From positions 22,758-86,757 of the forward strand of contig CALXYK010000010.1 of assembly GCA_944392955.1 (NCBI GenBank): a stretch of 64,000 nucleotides of DNA, in the 5' to 3' direction. Source of the DNA: an uncultured Alphaproteobacteria bacterium (GTDB lineage Bacteria; Pseudomonadota; Alphaproteobacteria; Rs-D84; CACZYB01). Shown piece after piece: positions 54,600-64,000 of this stretch. The stretch's first letter is position 1. Each line of letters starts with the position of its first letter. The notes beneath the pieces were generated by a model. That model was not told where the DNA came from. It was given only the letters and a program-made list of their open reading frames with translations, and searched no databases. The translations under genes were made by a program, and so were the position numbers.

Positions 54600-56069
54600 T
54601 TAGATATTTATTATGCCTCGGACGAAACAATATATTGCAATGACACTTACTAATAATATAATCCCGACTAGGCATTTTTCTCCTTTTGTAAATATCATAT
54701 TTTTAAATGAATTATCTTTACGAGCCCAAATATAAAATGGAATACCTATTGCAATAAAGACTATTGCCATTAAAAGATAATTTAAACCTGCGGCATAAAT
54801 TAACCAAGATCCGTATATTGTTCCCAATATAGATGTAATAAGTGCTACTGATCTACTTATTCCTTTTTTATTATCAAATTCGCCATCTTCGCATATTTTC
54901 CAAAGATAACAAGTTGAAATAAAGTATGCAGGTAAAACCATAACACCAGTTATGCTTAACATTGTATTCCAAGCATTATTTGAAAAATATACAAGGAACA
55001 TTGCAAGTTGCATAACTATACTTGTTACCCATAATGAAACACTTGGAGATCCATTTTGATTTTCCCTTGAAAACACCTTTGGGAATGTTTTGTTAAGTGC
55101 CATTGCATAAGGCATTTCTGCAACTATCATTGTCCATGCCAACCAACTTGCAAGAACTGCTATTAACAAACCTATGTTCATAAGCCATGCACCCCATGGA
55201 CCTACTACGGCCTTTAAAATACCTGCTGTTGATGGATTTGGTATTGCTGAAAGTTCTGCCTGACTCATAAAGCCGAATGGAACGATTGATAGTAAAACAT
55301 AAATTACTAAACAACCTAAGAAACCTAATAATGTTGCTTTTGATACATCGTCTTGACTTTTTGCCCTACCTGATAAAACTACGGCACCTTCTATACCTAT
55401 AAATGCCCATAGTGTTACAAGCATTGTGCTTTTTATTTGACTGGATAAACTTCCTAAGGATTTTGTTTTTCCTATAATTGCTTCACCCCAGAAATCAAAG
55501 TCAAATGTATCCATTTTAAATACAAATAATAGTATTAAAATAAATAGTATCAGTGGAACTATCTTAAATATAGTTGCAATAAGGTTTATTATAGTTGCCT
55601 GTTTAACGCCTTTTAATACAAGGAAATTAAATGACCAGATTAGTATGGAACCTCCTATTATAGAAGCAAGATTATTACCTCCGGTGAAAACTCCAGGGAA
55701 AAAATAATCCAAAGCATCCATTGTAATAACTGCATAACCTACATTACCAAAAATTTGGCAAAGCCAATAACTCCAACCTATATTAAATCCCATATATGAA
55801 CCAAAACCTTCCTTTGCATACATATAAATTCCAGATGTAAGTTTTGGCTTTATGGTAGATAATACTCTGAATGTATTTGCAATAAAATACATACCTATAC
55901 CTGTTATTAACCATGCAAGTAATACTGCACCGACCGAAGCACTTTGTGCCATATTTTGTGGAAGGCTGTAAATGCCTCCTCCTATCATAGAACTTACAAC
56001 TATACCGGCAAGTCCCATAACTCCTAATTTAGAAACATTGCTTTCTTTTTTTGATTTTGTTTTAAACAT
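54600..56069 (-). CDS. aaxC: Arginine/agmatine antiporter (APC family)
   Basis: SMIGGGIYSLPQNMA, YWLCQIFGNVGYAV, LWAFIGIEGA. Confidence 0.88.
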   Translation of the reverse strand: MFKTKSKKESNVSKLGVMGLAGIVVSSMIGGGIYSLPQNMAQSASVGAVLLAWLITGIGMYFIANTFRVLSTIKPKLTSGIYMYAKEGFGSYMGFNIGWSYWLCQIFGNVGYAVITMDALDYFFPGVFTGGNNLASIIGGSILIWSFNFLVLKGVKQATIINLIATIFKIVPLILFILILLFVFKMDTFDFDFWGEAIIGKTKSLGSLSSQIKSTMLVTLWAFIGIEGAVVLSGRAKSQDDVSKATLLGFLGCLVIYVLLSIVPFGFMSQAELSAIPNPSTAGILKAVVGPWGAWLMNIGLLIAVLASWLAWTMIVAEMPYAMALNKTFPKVFSRENQNGSPSVSLWVTSIVMQLAMFLVYFSNNAWNTMLSITGVMVLPAYFISTCYLWKICEDGEFDNKKGISRSVALITSILGTIYGSWLIYAAGLNYLLMAIVFIAIGIPFYIWARKDNSFKNMIFTKGEKCLVGIILLVSVIAIYCFVRGIINI

Positions 56070-56122
56070 TTTATCTCTCCTTTTATTAAAGAATTGAGAG
56101 GGAGGTTATGCTCCCTCTTTTT

Positions 56123-56716
56123 TTAATAAGAAGCCTGTGGTGTGGCTGGATTTGCATACTCAAAATTCAAAAATCCTAATGCTGTTAAGCAATAACCAAA
56201 GTTTTGTGTGATATTAAGGTAGTTGTGATAGAATTGAAATTCGCTATGTTTATCAACATTTCTTAACATCAATTCATGATTTAATGATTTTGTAAGCCAC
56301 ATTTCAGCATGAGCTTGGGCTATTTCATCATTTATATATGTATCAAAATATTCTACATATTCTGCAGCCCAACCACCTATGAAATTTCCTTGCTTATCTT
56401 TTCCCCAGACAATACCAACTCCGGTAGCGATAGCTTTGTGATCTTCTATTCTTGCTCCATTACCAGCCATTATCACTTCTAATACTGCACCATGCTTAAA
56501 TTGATTTTGGACTTGTTCTACTGGAACTATATTATTAAAAAGTTCCGGTGGTAAAACAGATGTGTATGGTATTACATTGAAGTCCTGAATCTTTGCTTGT
56601 AATAGTGCACTATCATAGCAGAAAGTCTCAAATGGTTGCGGTGGTATTCCGTCGTCTGCTTGTCCTGCACCACCTGTATGGAAAGCCAATGTTGGATAAC
56701 GTGTTCCTACTGTCAT
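56123..56716 (-). CDS. aaxB: Pyruvoyl-dependent arginine decarboxylase
   Basis: [25 protein letters not shown], Thr52-Ser53 self-cleavage site, GGWAAEY. Confidence 0.92.
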   Translation of the reverse strand: MTVGTRYPTLAFHTGGAGQADDGIPPQPFETFCYDSALLQAKIQDFNVIPYTSVLPPELFNNIVPVEQVQNQFKHGAVLEVIMAGNGARIEDHKAIATGVGIVWGKDKQGNFIGGWAAEYVEYFDTYINDEIAQAHAEMWLTKSLNHELMLRNVDKHSEFQFYHNYLNITQNFGYCLTALGFLNFEYANPATPQASY

Positions 56717-56852
56717 TTTTTATTCTCCCTTTTATTTTAGTTAATATAAATAGAATTTTATAATTCTACAACTTATACTAGAATAATGGAAGTTATACCA
56801 TTATGGCAATAATATTAAATTCCTTTGAATTCATACTTATAAAAATGTAGTT

Positions 56853-58232
56853 TTATTTGGAAACTTTGACTCTGGCTAAAGATAAAACCGGTAATAAATT
56901 TTCAATCTCAGTTTTTGAAAATCCTTTAAATTCTTTGTATGGGATTAAAATATAATTATTTCCAACAGTTGCCCTGTCTATTATATTATTATTTTTTGTA
57001 TTTATTATTTTATCTATCTTAACACAGATTGGTTCAAAACGTATTGGAGATAAAAATTCTATGGTTTCACCTTTTGAAAATGAATTTTTAACTTCTAGTT
57101 CTATACCATCTGGTGTATGTTTAGAAACTCTACCTGCATATCTGTAATTACCATCAGAACGTGTAGTTTCATAATTCATTGCATGATGTGTCAAATGACC
57201 TTCAAAAAATCCGTATGTATATCCCCTATTTTGTAATGTATTAAGTTCGTTCATATACGGAGCACAATTCCAACTATCCGGTGATTTATAGAATGCATCT
57301 ATTGCATTACTATATGCTCTTGATGTAATACCTGCATAATATTCGGATTTGTTTCGTCCTTCAACTTTAAGCGAATCAATTCCAATAGATAATAGTTTAT
57401 CAAGTTTTGGCATAAGGCATAAATCCTTTGAATTCATTATATAAGAACCTTTGTCATCTTCGCAAAGTTCCAAAAATTCACCTTTTCTTTCCTGTTCTTC
57501 TAAATAAAAATCAAATAATTTCATTGTATCAGAGTTTATATCTATACCAAGAGTTTTTGCCTCTTTAATTATTTTACCACCTTCTAATAATTCTTCGTTC
57601 GGTTTTACATACATTTTATAATTCCAACGACAACAATGAGCACAATTACCCTGATTTGAACTACGTTCCGCCAAAAAATTAGAAATTAAACAACGACCAG
57701 AATAACTCATACACATACTTCCATGAATAAATGTTTCTAATTTTAAATCTGGTGCAACCTTTTGCCTTATTTCCCTTAATTCTTCAAAAGAAACTTCCCT
57801 ACCTAAAACACATAATTTTGCCCCTATATCATACCAAAACATTGCGGTTTCATACGAACAAACATTTGCCTGGGTTGATACATGTAATGGAATTTCAGGA
57901 AGGGCTTTTCTCATATATCTGAAAACACCAGCATCTGCAATAATAATACCATCTGGTGATAAATGTTTAAGGGTGTTAGCAAAACTAGGAAGTCGCTCTA
58001 TATCCTTATTATGTGTATATAAGTTTACTGTTAGATATATTTTTTTACCTATACTATGTGCATATTCTACACATTCCTTCATTTCTTCAACTGATACCTT
58101 TGATTTTGCTCTAAGGCTCATATCAGGAGTGCCTGCATACACAACATCTGCTCCATACATAAAGGCTGTTTTTATTCTATCATAGGAACCACCAGGAATT
58201 AAAAGTTCTGATTTTCGTGTAAAATTTGACAT
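56853..58232 (-). CDS. trhP: U32 family Fe-S protein, TrhP/YegQ-like tRNA hydroxylase
   Basis: GADVVY, HVSTQAN, HGSMCMSYSGRC...C..CR, SLKVEGR. Confidence 0.8.
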   Translation of the reverse strand: MSNFTRKSELLIPGGSYDRIKTAFMYGADVVYAGTPDMSLRAKSKVSVEEMKECVEYAHSIGKKIYLTVNLYTHNKDIERLPSFANTLKHLSPDGIIIADAGVFRYMRKALPEIPLHVSTQANVCSYETAMFWYDIGAKLCVLGREVSFEELREIRQKVAPDLKLETFIHGSMCMSYSGRCLISNFLAERSSNQGNCAHCCRWNYKMYVKPNEELLEGGKIIKEAKTLGIDINSDTMKLFDFYLEEQERKGEFLELCEDDKGSYIMNSKDLCLMPKLDKLLSIGIDSLKVEGRNKSEYYAGITSRAYSNAIDAFYKSPDSWNCAPYMNELNTLQNRGYTYGFFEGHLTHHAMNYETTRSDGNYRYAGRVSKHTPDGIELEVKNSFSKGETIEFLSPIRFEPICVKIDKIINTKNNNIIDRATVGNNYILIPYKEFKGFSKTEIENLLPVLSLARVKVSK

Positions 58233-58373
58233 AATTAACCTCTTATATTCTTCTTTTTCTTATATGGAAACATATTTTAATTCAAAAGTAAAATAAAATT
58301 TAAAATATGCTTGCCACAGAAATTTTTATGTTATAAATTAGTTTATTATATAAAATAAAAAAGGAGTAAAAAA

Positions 58374-58646
58374 ATGTATGCAACTTTTAGAAGTTATTTG
58401 TTTCAATTGATACCTGGTTATTGTGTATCTGATTTAATTTATCTTGGTATGATAGTATTTATACTTGCTGGTTTTTTATCAAGTAAGAAGTGGACTCCTT
58501 TCTTATCTTGCTTAATCTTTGCTTTTGTATTTAAATTGTTGGACTTTTTAGCATTGGGACAAACTGCTTCTGCTATAATACCTCAATTTTTACATATGAT
58601 TGCATTACCTTTTATTTTAACTTTGTTATATTCAAAAAGATCTTAA
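58374..58646 (+). CDS. Small membrane protein (about 3 TM)
   Basis: AGGAG RBS, hydrophobic segments. Confidence 0.65.
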   Translation: MYATFRSYLFQLIPGYCVSDLIYLGMIVFILAGFLSSKKWTPFLSCLIFAFVFKLLDFLALGQTASAIIPQFLHMIALPFILTLLYSKRS

Positions 58647-58688
58647 TCTTATTGGGGGAAAAGATTTTGTAATCTTTCTTTTTTTTGA

Positions 58689-60680
58689 ATGAAAAAAAGT
58701 ATTTTTTATTTTAAAACTTTTTTAATATTTTTGCTTTCTTTATTCGTATTAGAAGGCCTTTTCTACCCTTCTGTTGTTAGGGCGGCTCTTCCTAATATTA
58801 TGTATAGCAATGATGTTGAAAACTATAAAAAAATATTTGAATTACAGGAAAAAGGAAGATTTAAAGATGCTGACAAAGTTATCAAAGAAGTTAAAAATGA
58901 TGTGTTGATGGGATATGTTTTGTATCAAAGATTTATGAGTCCTTATTATAAAACACCTTTTAAAGAAATAAAGGAATGGCTTTTGAAATACTATGATATG
59001 CCTAATGCCAGTGATATATATAAATTGGGGTTAAAAAAAGGTGCAAAAAAGGAGTTGAAAAAGCCTAAACGTGAAGCCAGACGAACTCAATACTTCAATG
59101 ATGACTATAAAAACTCTTATCAAATGATTCAACATTCATATAAACACTTACCTAAAAAAGATAGAAATGAAGTTGCCTATATGTTAAAAGTTTTTAATAA
59201 CAGATTGAAAAAAGGCTATACCAAAAATGCTAGACAAATACTAGAAAATCCTCATAGTAAAAAGTTATTCGCCCAAAATGACTACCTTAGAATGCAGGCA
59301 TATCTTGCATTTAGATATTTTCTAGCAAACGAAGATGATATGGCTATTTTATGGGCAAAGGAACCTGCTGAACAATTAAATTTTTATTTGGCGAATTGGA
59401 CTTTGGGTTTAGTCTATTGGAGGATGGGGGATTATTTAACATCTAGGGATTATTTTAAAAATGTTGCATTTACAAAACAAATACCCGCTGATGTTGTTTC
59501 TGCTGGTGCATATTGGGCATATAGGGCAAATGAGAGGATTGAAGATCCTGAATTAAAAGATGATGAGGAAATATTTTTGGAAACTGCGGCTAGTTATCCG
59601 AAAACTTTTTATGGAATTTTGGCCACAAAAAAATTGAATAAAGAATTAGAAATAAGTTGGGAAGAGCCAATTTTAACCGTTCAAAATGCAAGGGAAATTA
59701 TTTCTTGGCAAGGTGGTGTAAGAGCCTTGGCCTTAATACAATTGGGTATGAAAAAAGAAGCAGCAGATGAATTAAAATTTCTTATAAACACAGTGACTGA
59801 TGATTTCTCTAATGACTTAATAAATGCCGTTTTGGCAGTTGCGGAAATATCTGGAATGCCTTATCTTTCCATAAATCTTTCTAATTATATTAAAGAATAT
59901 GCCGATGATGCGACTTTTGCGACATCTACTTATCCTACTATTGATATAGAACTGGAAGATGGATGGAATATTGATAAGGCTTTGGTTAATGCATTGATAA
60001 GACAAGAATCCAGATTTAACCCTATGGCAAAATCTAATGCTGGGGCAAGAGGTTTGATGCAAATAATGCCAGCAACTGCTTCGTTTATTATGAGAGATTC
60101 ATCCTTCCGTAAAAAGCAAAAATCAAAACTTTTTGATACTGAATTAAATTTAAAAATAGGACAAATGTATATAGAGTATTTATTGTCCAGACCTAACATA
60201 AACGGGAATCTTTTTAAATTTTTAATCGCATATAATGCAGGACCTGGAAATTTAAAAAAACACGAAGAAAAAGTTGTAAATCCAGGAAACGATCCTTTAT
60301 TTTTTGTAGAATCTATTAGCCTAAAAGAAACTAGAATCTATGTTGAACGTGTGATGGCTAATTTCTGGATTTATAGAAATAGGTTGGGACAAACTTCGGA
60401 ATCGTTGGACGATTTATCTAATGACCTTTGGCCTATTTACATAAGTAAAGGTGATACTCCTGTAAACAAATATACAGATGAAGAGTTTGAATATTTAGAA
60501 GATTATCTTGAAGAACAAGAAGCACAAAAAGAAGAACAAGAAAAAGAAGAAGAAGAAGAAATGTTAAAACAGGAAGGTGAGACCCTTCAAAATTTGGATA
60601 ACATAAATGTTGAAGATATATCTTCGGATGGACTTGTAAAAAAAGAAGAAGAAAGCAATAATCAAATATTAGAATCTTAG
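58689..60680 (+). CDS. Soluble lytic murein transglycosylase (Slt-like)
   Basis: Signal peptide; IRQESRF, GLMQI, AYNAG, ETRIYV; acidic tail. Confidence 0.9.
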   Translation: MKKSIFYFKTFLIFLLSLFVLEGLFYPSVVRAALPNIMYSNDVENYKKIFELQEKGRFKDADKVIKEVKNDVLMGYVLYQRFMSPYYKTPFKEIKEWLLKYYDMPNASDIYKLGLKKGAKKELKKPKREARRTQYFNDDYKNSYQMIQHSYKHLPKKDRNEVAYMLKVFNNRLKKGYTKNARQILENPHSKKLFAQNDYLRMQAYLAFRYFLANEDDMAILWAKEPAEQLNFYLANWTLGLVYWRMGDYLTSRDYFKNVAFTKQIPADVVSAGAYWAYRANERIEDPELKDDEEIFLETAASYPKTFYGILATKKLNKELEISWEEPILTVQNAREIISWQGGVRALALIQLGMKKEAADELKFLINTVTDDFSNDLINAVLAVAEISGMPYLSINLSNYIKEYADDATFATSTYPTIDIELEDGWNIDKALVNALIRQESRFNPMAKSNAGARGLMQIMPATASFIMRDSSFRKKQKSKLFDTELNLKIGQMYIEYLLSRPNINGNLFKFLIAYNAGPGNLKKHEEKVVNPGNDPLFFVESISLKETRIYVERVMANFWIYRNRLGQTSESLDDLSNDLWPIYISKGDTPVNKYTDEEFEYLEDYLEEQEAQKEEQEKEEEEEMLKQEGETLQNLDNINVEDISSDGLVKKEEESNNQILES

Positions 60681-60684
60681 CACT

Positions 60685-61332
60685 ATGAAAAATACCAATA
60701 TTTCTTTTGATATTGAAAACATTTTTATGACAAATAAAACTGATATAGTTTTAGGATTGGACGAGGCAGGTAGAGGATGTTTAGCAGGTCCCGTAGTTGC
60801 CGCATGTGTTTGGATAAATCAAGAACTATTTCCAAAGGAATTATTGGTACAGATAAATGACTCAAAAAAACTTTCAGAAATCAAAAGAAATAAAATTTTT
60901 TCTGAATTACAAAAATTAGATAAATCCGTTTTTATGTTTGAATATCAAGAAATATCTTCGGAAATAATTGATGAAATAAATATTTTACAGGCTTCGTTAT
61001 TGGCAATGGGAAAAGCATATCAAAAATTATTACCTAGGCTTTTTAATAAACCAGTTATAAGTTTAGTTGATGGGAATCAGCCCCCTGATATTCATCCTTG
61101 TCAAACTATTATTGCAGGTGATGCAAAATCTTACTCTATTGCAACTGCATCAATAATTGCAAAAGTTAAAAAAGATGAATTGTTAAATAAAATAGCAGAA
61201 AAATATCCTATGTATAACTTTGAAAAAAATAAAGGTTATGGAACTAAATCTCATTTAGAAGCATTGGAAAAATATGGAATTTCTCCGTTTCATAGAAAAT
61301 CATATGCTCCAGTTAAAAAATATATTAAATAA
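60685..61332 (+). CDS. rnhB: Ribonuclease HII
   Basis: DEAGRG.LAGPV, DSKKL, NKGYGT, HRKSY. Confidence 0.95.
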   Translation: MKNTNISFDIENIFMTNKTDIVLGLDEAGRGCLAGPVVAACVWINQELFPKELLVQINDSKKLSEIKRNKIFSELQKLDKSVFMFEYQEISSEIIDEINILQASLLAMGKAYQKLLPRLFNKPVISLVDGNQPPDIHPCQTIIAGDAKSYSIATASIIAKVKKDELLNKIAEKYPMYNFEKNKGYGTKSHLEALEKYGISPFHRKSYAPVKKYIK

Positions 61333-64000
61333 TTAAAACTCTTGAAACTTTAAATCTGTAATCCATAAAATAGCAGTATGAATATTTTTATTTGGATAAA
61401 TTTTTGAAACTGCGTTTTTATATTCTTGTAATTGTTTTTTATATTGTGATGGAATTTCTGATGTATCCTTATCAGTTTTATAATCTATAATCCATATATC
61501 ATTTTCAAGTATGACAAGTTTATCTACTCTTAATATTTTTGCATCTTTGTTTTGTGAAAGCATAATTTCTGTTTCTGATAAACTATTATTACCAAATATA
61601 AAATTATACTTATTATCATTATATAATTGCAAAATTTTTTCTGTGATAAAATCATGGTCGTCTATGATATTTTTTTCAAAATATTTTTGTATGATTTCTT
61701 TTAAATTTATATCATGTTTTACATTAGCATACTTAGAAATATTTTCTAATAATTTATGAATTATAGACCCCCTTAACAATGATTTATTATCATCGGAAAG
61801 ATATGTCAATGGTGATTTGGGTTTAATATCTTTTTTATATTCAAAAGATGGCAATTCCATTTTTTCTTCTAAATATTTAGGCATAGAAATAATATGTGGT
61901 TTTTCATCATTTGTTTCATTGGAAATTTTACCACTTTCGTTTTTACCTAAACGAAGAACCATATCATCAATATATTCCCTATTAAAATCTGCTAAGACTT
62001 CATCTTTTACAAAAGATGCGTCTTTGTTTTCCTCTAAACTTTGTTTTATACATGAATACCAGGTATTTTGCTTAATATTTTTTTCAACTCCCATAACATA
62101 TAATCTATCTCTGGCACGGGTCATCGCAACATATAATAATCTGTATTCTTCGTCTGAACTTTCCTTCTTGTAATCATTTACAATTTGAGCAAAATTTTCA
62201 TTTATTGTATCCATATTTGCAATTTTATACATAGGAAAATTTTTAAACCATAAAATTTTTTCCCTGACACATCTATCTGGAACATTGGTGTTATATAAAA
62301 ATACTATTGGAGCTTCTAAACCTTTTGAACCATGAACTGTTAAAATTCTGACTGTATTATTTGTATGTTCCATATCCCTTTTTATTACAACTTCACTTAA
62401 CGAAAACCATTCATAAAAATCACTTAATGATTTTCCCATCTGGGTATTGTCATAATTTAAACACTGAGACAAAAAGGCATTTAGAACTTCTTCTATTTCA
62501 TAACCGAATCTGTTTATGAAGTTTTCCCTTTTGTTTTGAACCTTTAAAACAAAATCAAAAAATTCAAATGGGAATGCAGTTTTAGAAAGTTTTATTAAAG
62601 AAGATAAATCTTCAAATATTTCCCTGTATTTAATTTCTTCTGATAATCTTTTAAATAAGGTTTTGTCCCCTCTGTTATAACAAAGAGTAAATAAATCGTC
62701 ATCGTCTAAGTTATAAAGCGGTGATTTTAAAACTTCGGCCAAAGATAAATCATCATAATTAAATAGAACAAATTTTAACAAGGATATTAAATCCTCCACT
62801 ACGATATTATCACTTAACGATAACTTATCTTGCCCTGATACTGGAATATTATTATTCACTAATGCAGTAATAGCAGAATCCATATAATTTCTTTTTCTTA
62901 CTAAAATCATAATATCTTTTGGTTGTATTTTCCTTATGTATTTTTCACCATTTATTTCCCCATCAGAAATGTATTCATTATCTAACAAATATCTTATTTT
63001 TTTTGCCAAAACATTTGCCTGTTCCATATCTGGATTAAAATTGTATATGTGTTTTATTGGTGTTTTAAAAATTTCACCTTCGTCCTTTTCTATTGCTTTT
63101 ATCAATGGCGAAACTTCGACTATACCATTACTATCTGTTCTATTATGTATATGTTTGATTTCTTCGTCCCCTATTCTGACACCAGATAAATTTTTAACTA
63201 CATCATCAACTGTATTTAATATATTTTTACATGAACGAAAAGATACATTTAATGGTAAATCATAAAATTTATAGTTATTGGTTTCTATCTTTTTTTTAAA
63301 TTCATCTTTATACTTTTTAAATAGTTTTATATTTGCACCTTGGAAACTGAAAATAGATTGTTTGACATCACCAACTGAAAAAAGAGTTTTTATATCTTTT
63401 TCTGTTCGTCCTGTTGTAAAAAATTCCTGTGTTAAATTATCAACGATATCCCATTGTAGAGGTGATGTGTCCTGGGCTTCGTCTATTAAAATATGAGAAA
63501 TCCCGCCGTCTAATTTATATAAAATCCATTCAGAAACATTGGGAATTGAAAATAATTTTTTCACAGATGTTATCAAATCTGTAAAATCCATTACTCCCTT
63601 TTTCTTTTTTAAATTATCATATATGTGATTTAATGCCAAACCTATATCTATAATTGATAGTGTTGCCATATATATTTTGGAACAATTTAAAAACCTAACT
63701 GCGTTTTCTATCCTTTTACCTTCGTTTAAAACATCTTGGTAAAAAGCTTTATTGGTATCTATTACTTTTTTTACAAACAAGGTTTCATAAAGTGTATTTT
63801 TGCTTGATATAAATACAGATTTGTATAGGTTAAATCTTTCTTCTACATCATCTTGTAAATCAGGTGAACGAAACCTTATAATGTTATTTAATTTATCATA
63901 CCTTTTGGAATTTGTGCTATATTGAGTATTTAATCTTAAAAAACCTTCTAAATTTTCTATAAAATTATTAGGAATATGATTTAATACATTCTCAATATAT
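61333..64000 (-). CDS. addA: AddA helicase/nuclease, partial (5' end outside the window)
   Basis: LIDEAQDT, VGDVKQSIF, TVHGSKGLE, YVAMTRA, IDYKT, QLQEY; frame is open to the window edge. Confidence 0.92.
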   Translation of the reverse strand, partial: YIENVLNHIPNNFIENLEGFLRLNTQYSTNSKRYDKLNNIIRFRSPDLQDDVEERFNLYKSVFISSKNTLYETLFVKKVIDTNKAFYQDVLNEGKRIENAVRFLNCSKIYMATLSIIDIGLALNHIYDNLKKKKGVMDFTDLITSVKKLFSIPNVSEWILYKLDGGISHILIDEAQDTSPLQWDIVDNLTQEFFTTGRTEKDIKTLFSVGDVKQSIFSFQGANIKLFKKYKDEFKKKIETNNYKFYDLPLNVSFRSCKNILNTVDDVVKNLSGVRIGDEEIKHIHNRTDSNGIVEVSPLIKAIEKDEGEIFKTPIKHIYNFNPDMEQANVLAKKIRYLLDNEYISDGEINGEKYIRKIQPKDIMILVRKRNYMDSAITALVNNNIPVSGQDKLSLSDNIVVEDLISLLKFVLFNYDDLSLAEVLKSPLYNLDDDDLFTLCYNRGDKTLFKRLSEEIKYREIFEDLSSLIKLSKTAFPFEFFDFVLKVQNKRENFINRFGYEIEEVLNAFLSQCLNYDNTQMGKSLSDFYEWFSLSEVVIKRDMEHTNNTVRILTVHGSKGLEAPIVFLYNTNVPDRCVREKILWFKNFPMYKIANMDTINENFAQIVNDYKKESSDEEYRLLYVAMTRARDRLYVMGVEKNIKQNTWYSCIKQSLEENKDASFVKDEVLADFNREYIDDMVLRLGKNESGKISNETNDEKPHIISMPKYLEEKMELPSFEYKKDIKPKSPLTYLSDDNKSLLRGSIIHKLLENISKYANVKHDINLKEIIQKYFEKNIIDDHDFITEKILQLYNDNKYNFIFGNNSLSETEIMLSQNKDAKILRVDKLVILENDIWIIDYKTDKDTSEIPSQYKKQLQEYKNAVSKIYPNKNIHTAILWITDLKFQEF

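Noticed and set aside
60470-60680. GAA-rich stretch at the end of the transglycosylase gene
   Set aside because: Low-complexity acidic tail, not a discrete tandem repeat.

Overview
Low-GC, AT-rich bacterial chromosome segment. Gene order and content look alphaproteobacterial (adk-rpsM-rpsK-rpoA-rplQ, alpha-type SspB, ruvB-ybgC, AddA); a gut- or host-associated lineage is an inference. The window holds housekeeping genes (aroK, lptE, holA, rluB, tgt, pyrG) and the str-S10-spc-alpha ribosomal cluster with no tuf between fusA and rpsJ. It also holds a 12.5-kb surface-glycan operon with five GT2 genes that share near-identical DNA junctions and a common C-terminal tail, plus a homopolymer-frameshifted pyruvyltransferase. 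An O-acyltransferase gene is flanked by an exact 83-bp duplication of the nusB upstream region, and there is a Chlamydia-type aaxB-aaxC-aaxA arginine decarboxylase operon. The best candidate for an undescribed system is a ~4.6-kb segment bounded by a 15-bp repeat of the tRNA-Met 3' end. It encodes a stand-alone AlaRS catalytic-core paralogue, a zeta-like P-loop kinase and an archaeal-type SAM synthetase in one operon, with a divergent proline iminopeptidase. All family calls come from motif recognition; no searches were run.
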